Below, in pieces: positions 1-10,500 of a stretch of 64,000 nucleotides of DNA. The DNA comes from an uncultured delta proteobacterium (lineage in GTDB: Bacteria; Desulfobacterota; Desulfobulbia; Desulfobulbales; BM004), in contig CAWAPG010000005.1 of the NCBI GenBank assembly GCA_963783905.1, positions 2,820 through 66,819 on the forward strand, in the 5' to 3' direction. A program made the position numbers and the translations under genes. The notes beneath the pieces are model-generated. The model was not told the origin of the DNA. It saw only the letters and a program-made list of their open reading frames with translations, and made no database searches. Numbering within the stretch: position 1 is the stretch's first letter; the number at the start of each line of letters is the position of its first letter.

Positions 1-1
1 T

Positions 2-847
2 GAGTTTGTGGTCGGAAATTGCCGGGAGAAGAATTCTCTGCAACAGGCTGTGCAGGATGTCGATCATGTGTTTCATCTTGCCGGTGCGACAATGGCCATC
101 AAGGAAAAAACTTTTTTCGAAGTGAATGGACAGGGTACGGAGAACCTCGTCCAGGCCTGTATCGAAAACAATACCCGTCTCAAAAAATTTATCTATATTT
201 CGAGCCAGGCAGCAGCAGGTCCGGGTCGGAGCGAAGGGAAGAAAAACGAATCCGACCCTTGCGAACCGGTTTCGCCCTATGGAAAAAGTAAATTGCTGGG
301 GGAGAAATTGGCCCTGTCCCACTCCCATGAGCTGCCTCTCCTCATCCTGCGGCCCTGTGCCGTCTATGGCCCCAGGGACAAAGGTTTTTATACTATTTTT
401 AAGTGCCTCTCCAGGGGCATTAACCCTTGTCTCTCTGGCCACGATCAACACATCAGTATGTGTTATGTTCAGGATCTTGTCCAGGCGATCCTTCTGGCTG
501 CCGAGACCCGGACAGAGAACGGGGAGATATTTTTTTTGTCTGATGGCCATGACTACCGGATGGGGGAAATTGCTGACACCTTCGCGCAGGCGATGGAGAT
601 AAGGGCGCTGAAGCTCCGACTCCCTAAACAGATGCTGTTCAGCCTGGGCTTTCTGGCGGAAGGTTTCGCCAGACTCACCGGCAAGCCTTCCATCATGAGC
701 AGAGGCAAGGTCGAGGAAATGATCTGTAAGAATTGGCTCTGCGACATTACCAAGGCCAGGGCGGTATTGGGTTTCGAGCCCCGGATTTCTCTAGCTCAGG
801 GAGCGGAATTAACCGTTGCCTGGTACAAAAAAGAAAATTGGCTTTAG
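2..847 (+). CDS. NAD-dependent epimerase/dehydratase-family (extended SDR) reductase; 5' end lies upstream of the window
   Basis: The frame is open from the window edge (codons at 2, 5, 8...). The N-terminal Rossmann GxxGxxG is absent, so roughly 50 codons are missing. Catalytic YxxxK is present (SPYGKSKLLGE), along with HLAG and RPCAVYGPRD motifs typical of the fold. The gene ends 40 nt before the next gene. Confidence 0.75.
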   Translation, partial: EFVVGNCREKNSLQQAVQDVDHVFHLAGATMAIKEKTFFEVNGQGTENLVQACIENNTRLKKFIYISSQAAAGPGRSEGKKNESDPCEPVSPYGKSKLLGEKLALSHSHELPLLILRPCAVYGPRDKGFYTIFKCLSRGINPCLSGHDQHISMCYVQDLVQAILLAAETRTENGEIFFLSDGHDYRMGEIADTFAQAMEIRALKLRLPKQMLFSLGFLAEGFARLTGKPSIMSRGKVEEMICKNWLCDITKARAVLGFEPRISLAQGAELTVAWYKKENWL

Positions 848-887
848 CAATATTCTCGAATAACCATTAAAAGCATAAAGAACAATC

Positions 888-2009
888 ATGGCCGGCATTG
901 AAATCATTACTGTGGAAAGCAGATCGGAGCTTGGGGACTTCATTGACCTGCCGTGGAAAATTTATGCTGATTACCCCCATTGGGTTCCCCCCCTGAAGAA
1001 AGATGTTCGACATTTGCTGGATCCCCTCACCCACCCTTTCTGGGAGTTTTCCGAGCGGATCCTCTTTCTGGCCCGGCGTGGCTCGGAGACAGTGGGGAGG
1101 ATCGCGGGCATCATCGATCGCCGTCATAACGAGTTCCACGTTGAACAGATGGGCATTTGGGGATTCTTCGAATGCGTCGACGATCCGGAGGCCGCGGCAG
1201 CCCTGTTCTCTTCCGTGGAAACGTGGGTTCGCCGGAAGGGGATGACCTTCGTGCGAGGCCCGCTCAATCCCTCCATCAATTACGAGGCGGGCTTGCTCAT
1301 CGACGGGTTTGAGTATCCGCCTGCCTTGATGATGACGTACAATCCGCCTTACTACCTGAGGTTAGTCGAATCGTGCGGCTTCACCAAGGAAAAGGACCTC
1401 TTTTCATTCATGATCGAAGGTGATTACCACCTTCCCGAGTGGATGGATAGTCTTGCTGCACGGTTGGCCCGGAAAAAAACCATCCGCATCAGGCCCTTTC
1501 GGCTCAAGGAACCGGTCCCTGAACTAGCTCTGGTCAGGGAGATATTCAACGACTGCTGGTCCGGCAACTGGGGTTACGTCCCCTTGAGCGATCATGAGAT
1601 ACGGGAGATAGGAAAAGACCTGGTGAAAATCGCGGATCAGGACCTGGCTTTTTTCATCTATTATGAGGATGAACCCGCGGGGGTCTGCGTGATCCTGCCC
1701 GACATCAACCCGTTGCTCAAGCGTCTCAACGGGCGCATCGGCCTGCCGGGTTTGCTGAAGTTTCTCATATATCGGCGGGAGATTACCGGATTGCGGGGAA
1801 TGCTCTTCGGTGTCAAGGAGAAGTACAGGCAACTGGGACTCCCCATTCTGGCTTTCAGTCACGTGTATGAGGCTGTAAGGAAGAAGGGAAATTACCGTTA
1901 TCTGGAGATGGGCTGGACCCTGGAGGACAACGAGTCGATCAACTACCTGGTCGAGGAAGCCGGCGCTAGAATACACAAAAAATACAGTTTGCTGAGAAAA
2001 TCGTTATGA
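888..2009 (+). CDS. GNAT-like N-acyltransferase-fold protein (373 aa), candidate lipid N-acyltransferase
   Basis: Intact ORF starting at ATG 888. The C-terminal part carries an acyl-CoA N-acyltransferase-like motif A (KYRQLGLPILAF) followed by EMGWTLEDNESIN...GARIHKKY. Family assignment is by eye only. Confidence 0.5.
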   Translation: MAGIEIITVESRSELGDFIDLPWKIYADYPHWVPPLKKDVRHLLDPLTHPFWEFSERILFLARRGSETVGRIAGIIDRRHNEFHVEQMGIWGFFECVDDPEAAAALFSSVETWVRRKGMTFVRGPLNPSINYEAGLLIDGFEYPPALMMTYNPPYYLRLVESCGFTKEKDLFSFMIEGDYHLPEWMDSLAARLARKKTIRIRPFRLKEPVPELALVREIFNDCWSGNWGYVPLSDHEIREIGKDLVKIADQDLAFFIYYEDEPAGVCVILPDINPLLKRLNGRIGLPGLLKFLIYRREITGLRGMLFGVKEKYRQLGLPILAFSHVYEAVRKKGNYRYLEMGWTLEDNESINYLVEEAGARIHKKYSLLRKSL

Positions 2010-2045
2010 TGACTGAAGACGGTGGTAACGCGTTGAAACGGAGGG

Positions 2046-5000
2046 ATGGACATGTCGGCTGAACATCGGATTCCAATCATAGCTTTCGTCTGGCGGCCTG
2101 AAGAGATGTGCCTGCCTGTGACCCAAATGGCGCAACGAACCGGGACCAGGGCCATCTTCGATTGTTCCATGCTGAAGGCGGAAGCACTCCGTTCTGTCTT
2201 GCGAAAAACCGGCGGTGCCTGCCCCGTCCGTGATATTAAGATTTCCGCCCCTGCCTTGATGGAACCGTCTCTGGAGCAGTTACTGCAAGAAGCAGGGGTC
2301 CAAAACATCTGGGTCGAATGCCCCAACCGGTTATTCCAGGGGACTTTTTCCGTCTTTCTCCAGAGATTGCGGCAATTGTCGCAAGTCTATTGTTGCTTTC
2401 CAATCCTCGGAGACTTGCATTTTGCGGCAACGATATTGACCGATAACTATGGCATCGGCCGCGTTGTCCTGAAAGGATGCGAGGCATCCGGATTTGTTAG
2501 CGGCGAGACGACCCTGGCGTTTTATGCAGCGGTCAAGGAGATGCTGTCCAACTCACCGCAATCAGTGGACATCCTCATCTGGGGTTCTATCTCCACCCCT
2601 GAGGCGGCAGCGGCATTGCTATGCACCGGGGCCACGGGGATCGTCTTCGAGAGTCTCCATTGGCTGACCGACCTAGTTGCCGTTGATGATGATCAGCGCC
2701 TACGACTCTCCAACCTCCGCCTGGATTCGACCGATCTGGTCGGCCTCGACTTGCAGGTCCCCTGTCGCCTTTTCAACAAGGGCAACTCGACCGCGTTCAA
2801 GGAACTCAAACAGTTCGAAAGTTCGCTGTGCGGAGCAACGATCACGGAGGAAAACCGTCGTTCCTTCGCAGACCGGGTGCGTACCGGGGCCGTCCACCCT
2901 CTTGCAAGCAGCTTCAGCCCGGACGAGGTCATCCCTCTTGGTGTGGAGACCGCCTTTGCTGCGTCCTTTGCCGAACGTTTCGGGACGAAGACCGAGGTAG
3001 CTGTCCAGTCCTTCATGGATGAGACTCGCAGCCTGTGCCGCCTGGCTGAGGTAAAAAAGGATTTCTTTCTGGACAGCCCTGTAGCCGCAGAGATGGGAGT
3101 CACATATCCCTTTATCCAGGGGGCCATGTCCTGGATCTCTGATGTCCCGGAGTTTGCCGCAAGGATTGCCGAGGCCGGTGGACTGCCTACCATTGCCCTT
3201 GGCCTCATGGACGCTCAGGCCCTTGATCAGAGGCTGGGACGCCTGCCGGAGATTATGGCAGGACGCCCTTATGCAGTGAATATCATCTCTCTGGCAGAGA
3301 ATCCTTGCAGGGAGACCCAACTGGCTTGGATAAAGAAACACCCGCCCCGTTTTGTAGTGATCGCAGGCGGTGATCTCTCGCCTTTAAAGGAATTGCTGGA
3401 ATGCGGCCTGGAGGTCATATATATCGCCCCTGATGAGGCCCTGTTGCAGCTCGCCCTTAAAGCCGGCGTCCGCTACTTGATCTGCGAGGGGTATGAGGCC
3501 GGCGGGCACGTGGGGCGCCACAGCACCCTTACCCTGGCGCAAAGGGTGTTGGATCTGAAACGACAAAAACCAGGCCTGTTTCAAAAGTGTCGCATTATTC
3601 TTGCCGGGGGAATCTGCAATCGGGAGACCGCATTCATAGCCGCTATGCTCGGAGCGGATGGTATCCAGATGGGCACCGCGTATCTGGCCACCCGGGAGAT
3701 CGTTGAAACGGACGCCCTGACCGCGCTCTATCAGCACATGATCCTGGAATCGGTTCCGGGCGGAACGGTCGTTTCAGGCCAGGCCACCGGGCTTCGGGTA
3801 CGATCCTTGCGGACCCCGAGAACGGAGGCGGTTTTATCCCTGGAGAGGGAGTTTGCCGCGGGGCACCAGGACGAGCACTCCTTTCGCATGAAAATAGAAG
3901 AAATGACGGCCGGGAGCCTCTTTGCCGCGGCCCACGGCATGAACAGACCTGGCGGGGCGCCTCTCGATGAGTCGGCCTGCCGGGAACGCGGCCAATTCAT
4001 GAGCGGGGCCTGCGCCGGCCTCATCAGTAATGTCCTGGATCTGCCGACCTTCCATCGCGAACTGGCCGTAGGTCCTCTTTTGTTGCATCAGCCATTTGAA
4101 GAGGCAGCCATCGAAAAAATAACGGCAGCTTCATCTGAACCTTCGCACCCCATAAAAACCACATCCCCCGTGTCTGGCCATGGACTGAAGCAGAGAACGG
4201 TGTATAGAGCTGCCCATGAAAGGGTTGCCATCACCGGCATGAGTATTCTCAATACCTTGGGAAAAAGTCCGGATGAGATCTGGACTGCCAGCCTGGCCAT
4301 GAAAAGCGGGATTACCCTGGTCCCGTCTTCCCGGTGGGATCACGAGCGTTTTTATGACCCCCGCCCGTTCGTCCCGGACAAGACTTACTGCAAGGTGGGC
4401 GCCTTCCTGGACTTTCGGATCTCACGCAATGAACTCGGGATCCCCCCCCATGATTTCCGGACCATGACCGAATCCACCAAGACCACCATGTGGCTGGCGG
4501 AAAAAGCTATCCGGGCATCCGGCATCCTGGAGTCAGACATTCCGCGGGAACGAATCGGGGTCCTCATTTCCCAGAATTCGGGAGAAGCGGCGGAGCCCCT
4601 GACCGATTTGATCATAAGGGGATACGTGCATGACATCCTCGCCTGCATCAGAAAGGCCGTTCATCTCACACCGGATCAGTTGAGTGCCATCGAAAGCGAG
4701 GTGAAGTCCGGACGCACGCCCCCGGACGATACTACCCTCCTGGGCAGACTCAACTCCGCAGCGGGCGGCTTTATCTGCAACCGGTACGGGTTCATGGGCC
4801 CCAGTCATTCTGTCTCCGCAGCCTGCGCCACCTCACTGGTTGCACTATACAGCGCTTTCCAGATGATCCAAAACGGCATCATCGATGCAGCCATCGTCGG
4901 CGGGGGCGAAGAGCATCTCACCCACCTTCATTTTGTGGAATTCTCCGCCCTGGGCGCTCTTTACGGGTTGTCAGGACAGGAAAGGCCCGCTCACGAGACC

Positions 5001-8000
5001 TCCCGCCCCTTTGATGCCGAACGAGACGGGATGGTTCTGGGTGAAGGCGGGGGCATGATCGTCATTGAGCGGGAAAGTTTGGCCCGGGAAAGAGGGGCGC
5101 CTGTCCACGCCGTCATCACGGGCATGGGAGCAAGCAACAACCATCTGGGCATGGTAGAGTCTTCCAGTGTCAGCCAGGAGCTCGCCATCCGCGCCTCTTT
5201 CAAAGAGACACCCTATGGGCCTGATGCGGTTGACCTGGTGGAATGCCATGCCACCAGCACCCGGCAAGGCGACGGACAGGAGGTCCAAGCCCTGCGGTCC
5301 TTCTTCAATTCCTCCAAGCGCACAGTCCTTACCTCGCTCAAGTCCCAGATCGGACATACCCTTGGCGCCTCGGGTATCAACAGCCTCATTCGAGGAGTTA
5401 TGTCCATGAAAGCCGGGGTTTTCCCCCCTACACTCAATTATATAAATCCAGACCCGGAAATAGGCCTGGAAGGATCAGGGTTCTTCGTCGCCCCCGAGCC
5501 GTTTGACTGGCAGTGTGGAGCGGGCCGGTTAAGAAGGCTTCAGGTCAACTCTTTCGGGTTTGGAGGTTCCAACTATGTGGTGCAGTTGGAGCAGGCCAGG
5601 GATGAAGAAGCTGCGATCCTGGTATTGCCGGGCGGTGCGCCCGGTCTCGCCCGGGAGCAAGCTGCCGGCACCTCGGATTTACATGAAGAGCCGAATTCCG
5701 CAGGAGATGCAAGTTGTGGGCCTCCTGAGCTTCAGGGCGTCTCTTTCTTCCGGACAGAGGTCGAAGGCCTCCACTGCCGGATGGCCGTTGTGGCGCCATC
5801 CGAAGAGGAGGCGCTCACGGTCATCGAGAGGTCGGCCTCCATTATCAAATCGGGATTTGTCTCACCCAAGGCATTGAGGTCCCTGGCGCAGCAGGGAATT
5901 TTTATTGGCCGCGAGGATCTGCCGGTGCGGCCGCTCGCCTTGGTATTTCCCGGACAGGGATCACAGTATAACGGAATGGGACGGGAACTCTATGAGTCTT
6001 TTTCCGTGATCAGAGAGTGGATGGATAGGGCTGCAGATGCAGCAGAATTTGATCTCCTTCACCTGATGTTTCACGACCAAGAGGAAAATCTTGCAAAAAC
6101 CCGGTGGCAGCAACCGGCCATGTTTGCCATGGAACATGCCATGGCCCGATACCTCATGACCCTTGGTATCCATCCAGTGGCCATGGCCGGCCACAGCCTG
6201 GGCGAGTTGACCGCTTTGTGCCTGGCCGGTGTCTATTCCCCGGAAGACGGGTTTCGCATCGTGAACAAGCGGGCCCTCTGCATGGACAAGGCCGCCGGCA
6301 TGCACGTGGACCCCGGCGTCATGGCGGCCGTGGACGTCCCCCCGGATCTGCTGCAAGAGATGATCAAGGGACGGAACGATGTCCATATCGGCAATATCAA
6401 TGCACCGAACCAGATCGTCCTGAGCGGCAGCACCAAGGCGGTCAAGGATATGTGCAAGAAAATCAAGGAGATGGGATGCCGGGCCACCCTCCTGCGGGTC
6501 AGCATGGCCTTCCATTCTCCTATCATGAAGGTCATCCATGATGAGCTCGAGGCGTACATTGCCTCCATTCCATTTCATTCTCCACAGATACCCGTCATCT
6601 CCAACAAGACCATGGCGCCGTATCCAGCAGATCCCAATGAGATCAGGCGCATCCTGATGGCCCACCTGGAATCTACCGTCCATTGGATGAATAATGTCCA
6701 GACCCTTAGCAATGACTATGGAGTCGGGCTCTTCGTGGAGGTGGGCCCCGGCGATGTCTTAAGCAATCTCATCGCCGACACGCTTCCTGAATCGATATGT
6801 ATCCAGACGTCCATTCCTGCTGAAGAGGGTTCTACCTACAGGACCGCCCTGGCGCAGCTCTTTGTGCAAGGGTCTCTGCAGGTTGCAGGAGAACCGAGGC
6901 TTGTTTCCCTGCCTCCATTCAGGAAGGCTGCCGAATCTCACCCTGTGGCCCCAGCACCAGGATCGCGATCGTCAAAACCCGGGATGGTGGGCGTTAACCC
7001 GGTGGAAAGAATCATTCAAAGGGAAATCAACCGATTCGTGATGGAGACCTTCGGCCGCTTTCTCAAGCCCAACATCCTGGAAGCCATCCGCCAGGAACTT
7101 GATCCGACATTCCAGGAGGGCGAGCTCTCATCCCTTATCAATTCCATGCTCGGGGATTCCGGGCTTCTCGAAGACCGGGGGCTGGACTCTTCCGGCAAAT
7201 CGGCATCCCCGCCTCTTGCTCGTACCCCTGCGGTTCCGCAATCGGCCTCACCTCCCCTCGGTGAAACGTCTGCATTCCAAACAGCAGGTACCAGCCTGCA
7301 GCCGGCCACCAAGTCTGTTACTCACGGCCCAGTGGGGGATGGGGCCTCGGATTCCAAGTGGAATGAGGGCCAAGATATTACAGAGAGGCTCATTCACATC
7401 ATCATGGATGCGACAGGATTCAACCGGGACGAAATCCAGCCCGATATGGATCTGAGGCGCGACCTCTCCATCCGCTCCAGCCGTCTGCCCATCATCATGG
7501 ATGCCGCGGAACAGCAATTCGGCATCACCATCGAACTGGAGGATTTTATCGGCGTCCGTACCGTGCGGGAAATTGCTGAGAAGATTTCCGATCTGGTCGC
7601 CGGGAATGAAGGTCCCACCCCTTCAACCGCCAAGGCGGTTCAAGCCGGCACTCCAGTCGCGGAGGGACAGGCCGTCCCTGCCCTTGCCGGGTCGCCCCAG
7701 CATCAGGACCGACCAGGACCATATAGAAACGCTTATTCAAATCATCATGGATGCGACAGGATTCAACCGGGACGAAATCCAACCCGATATGGATCTGAGG
7801 CGCGATCTCTCCATCCGCTCCAGCCGCCTGCCCATCATCATGGATGCCGCGGAACAGCAATTCGGCATCACCATCGAACTGGAGGATTTTATAGGCCTCC
7901 GCACGGTGAGGGAAATTGCTGATAAAATTTCCGATATAGTCGCCGCAAAAACAGGTGCCGGCCTGCCATCGGCCGACAAGGCGGCTGACCCCGGCCCGTG

Positions 8001-8145
8001 CGGCAATGAAACCCTGGAGCCCTCGGAGGAGGCGAGTTTAAAGCGGCTCGTATTCCATTGTGTTCCGGCGGAATTGTCGGCATCGGCGCCGATAGAATTA
8101 GGCCAAGGCGAGGCAGTGGCTCTTGCTCTCACCGGACAGGAATGA
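2046..8145 (+). CDS. Iterative type I PKS/FAS-like subunit: degenerate ER-like domain, NPD/PfaD-type enoyl reductase, KS, AT, ACP, ACP (one internal frame change)
   Basis: ORFs 2046..7922 and 7501..8145 are joined by a frame change at about 7700-7720. ER motifs: YPFIQGAMSWISD (~3100) and EGYEAGGHVG (~3490). KS motifs: VAITGMS (~4220), active-site Cys in SVSAACATSL (codon 4824-4826), ECHATST, GHTLGASG. AT motifs: FPGQGSQY (~5945) and GHSLGE (Ser codon 6195-6197). Two ACP units have putative Ser codons at 7476-7478 and 7819-7821. A GGAGGG RBS precedes ATG 2046, and the stop overlaps the next ATG (ATGA at 8142-8145). Confidence 0.85.
7384..7943 (+). repeat. Tandem direct repeat encoding the two ACP domains (period 343 nt)
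   Basis: 7398-7600 and 7741-7943 align without gaps, with about 12 mismatches in 203 nt (hand count). The encoded peptides are IIMDATGFNRDEIQPDMDLRRDLSIRSSRLPIIMDAAEQQFGITIELEDFIG(V/L)RTVREIA. Confidence 0.9.
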
Positions 8146-9519
8146 CGATATTGCCCAAAATGTCCGGAGAGATATTCCGGCAGGATTACGGGGTTGACAC
8201 CTTCCCACTGCTCTTCATGCCGGCGAAAGGTACCGGACAGGAAGGGTATGATATTTTGACGGATGAAGGGTCTCGCCAGGTATCGGAGAAAATAGCGGGT
8301 TTAACAGCCCTGGCCGGGATGGTTATCACCTTGCCGCAAGGCTGGTCGGGAAAATTAAGAAGCATGGAGGATGTTTCGCGGCTTTTGAGGGGACTCTTTT
8401 TACCTTTGCAGACATTTCTGCAATCACCGGCCAAGAAATTCGTGGTGCTTATTCATTGCAGAGATGATGCCGAAACTCGCGGTCGGCTGCTGGCGGAGGG
8501 GATGCTCGGAATGTTCCTGAGCGCAGCGCAGGAGTATACATCGGTCCAGTTTCGCACCCTGGAAATCGACAAGAAAACCGACCTTCGCGCTGCCTTACGC
8601 GATGCTTTGGACAGAGGATACCCGATGGTGGAGATGATTCATCGTGAGGGCAGGGTTTTTACCTCGGAGGGGCACGTCGCCCCGTTGCTCTGCAGGGATC
8701 TGTCACGTCTTGATCTGAGCCCTGGAGACGTTGTCGTCATGTCCGGGGGCGCAACCGGGATCGGCGCCCACCTGGCCCGCAGTCTGGCGCCCTTTAAGCC
8801 CCGCCTGGTCTTTCTGGGGAGGACGCCTCTCGATCCAGGCATGAATACCGTGAACTCCCTGTTCCACGCATCCGCCTTCGGAGTCTTCCGCTCCCGCGGA
8901 CAGGGCCCTGGAGATTACCCGGACCCTGGCGGATCTGCACGCCGCAGGGATCGAGGCAACGTATCATACCTGCGATGTCGCTGACCCCGAGGCGGTCCGT
9001 GCCGTCATGGACGAGGTGGCGAATCGTTATGGCAAGATCCGTGGGATCATCCATGGCGCCGGGGTCCTCAGGGACGGTTTCCTCAGCCAGATGACCCCGG
9101 ATGATTTCTCCATGGTCACGGACATCAAATTCCTCGGGGCGTGGAATCTCTTCCTGGCTGCCGAGAAGGCCGAGTTGAGGTTTTTCGTGGGCCTTTCCTC
9201 GGTGGCAGCGATCCAGGGGAATCCCGGCCAAACCAACTACGCGGCAGCCAACCGGATGATGTCGGCCTTGATCAGAACCCTCCGGCAGAAAAATGGTGCC
9301 ATCCGGTTCAAGGCCTTGATGCTTCCTCCGATCGAAGGGGCAGGCATGGCCGAGGATCCGGATATGCGGGAGCTGATGAGGAGAAAGGGCGTATCGTACA
9401 TCCATGTCAATGAGCTGGCAGGGCTTTTCTGCCGGGAACTGTTCGTTTCCCCGGACGACGATTGGGTGCTGTTCATGAGGACACTCCCCGCTGTGAAGAC
9501 GGCACGGCTCATGACATGA
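8142..9519 (+). CDS. Free-standing PKS ketoreductase (KR) subunit (one internal frame change)
   Basis: ATG 8142 overlaps the upstream stop (ATGA). Rossmann motif VVVMSGGATGIGAHLARSL lies at ~8735-8790. The frame changes between 8852 and 8905, then continues as ALEITRTLADLHAAGIEATYHTCDVADPEAV...IIHGAGV...SSVAAIQGNPGQTNYAAAN (KR Ser/Tyr/Asn set, ~9190-9260). Stop 9517-9519 overlaps the next ATG. Confidence 0.75.
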
Positions 9520-10500
9520 CCCGTCCTCTGCCCTATGGAGAATTGGATGGAGGCACCGCGGCCTTCAGTCCCGGGGACTTTCCCATGATCGAGGGGATCT
9601 CTAGCCTGGACATCCGGCGGGAACAACTCGAGGCTTTCAGATCCTTCTCCCGGGAAAAGGATCTTTGGATCGAGGATCACAGACCCTTGACGTTCGTCAA
9701 GCATCCCCTGGTCTCAGCCGCCATGTTTCTGGAGACATTCATGGAAGCGGCCCGGATACTGTATCCTTACCTGCAGGTGCGGGGAGTTCGCCAGGTGCGG
9801 TTCATGGACATGATCCAATGTCCGCCCGGGGTTCCGCGGCCTTCCAGGATCTCCTGCCGTCGAGTCGGTACCAATCTTCCGGAGGTATGTGTGCGAGGTC
9901 TCTCTTGCGGCACAGGAGATCTCTCCGACCGGGAGATTGACCGACCGCTTCTCCCCGCACTGTCAGGGCCAGGTGATCCTTGCCGGCGGGGATGGCGGAG
10001 ACGGATATCTCGGGGAGGGGTTTCCGGATTTTCCTGTCCGGCCCGACGAACTGCGGACCAGTGCCCATGGATCAGAAAAGGTACTGCAATGGTACAAGGA
10101 CCACAGCGGCCTTACCGGCAGGTATCGCGTGCTGGAGTCCCTTGACGGTGCAGGTCCGGGAGTGGTGCGGGGACAAACCATATACCGGCAGACAGGTGAT
10201 TTCGCAAATCTGGCCAACGCGCAGTACCAATACTCTCCCTACCTTTTCGAAGCCCTTTTGCAGTTGGCCGGCTTCTACTGCATGGCCATGAAGATGCCGG
10301 AGCAACGATCCCTGATTCCCATGGAGATCGGGGAAATGTGGTTTTGCCGAAAATGCCGGGAGGGGGAGCGGATCACCCTGGAGGCCCGCATGCGGGCAGA
10401 GAACGAGCAAGGCCTCAGCTGGGACGCCAGAGGAGTTGACGAACAGGGTCGCACCATCATGCAGGTTGCCGATATGCGGATGCAATGGGTTTCAGAATGA
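9516..10500 (+). CDS. Free-standing PKS dehydratase (hot-dog DH) subunit (one internal frame change)
   Basis: ATG 9516 sits in an ATGA overlap. DH signature LWIEDHRPLTFVKHPLVSAAMFLE is present (His codon 9678-9680), and the C-terminal half reads YSPYLFEALLQLAGFYCM. The frame changes at about 9886-9893 inside a tgtgtg run. Stop is at 10498-10500. Confidence 0.65.

Noticed and set aside
7384-7943. Tandem repeat considered as a possible CRISPR-like or mobile-element repeat
   Set aside because: There are only two copies with a 343-nt period, both in-frame ACP-domain coding sequence inside the PKS gene. No spacers, cas genes or terminal inverted repeats are present.
8142-9519. The frame changes at 8142-8145 and 9516-9519 first looked like two more frameshifts in one giant PKS ORF
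   Set aside because: Both are exact ATGA stop/start overlaps, the same device used at 10497, 11286, 12236 and 60816. Each downstream ATG opens directly onto a new domain (KR, DH). They are therefore interpreted as real, translationally coupled gene boundaries.
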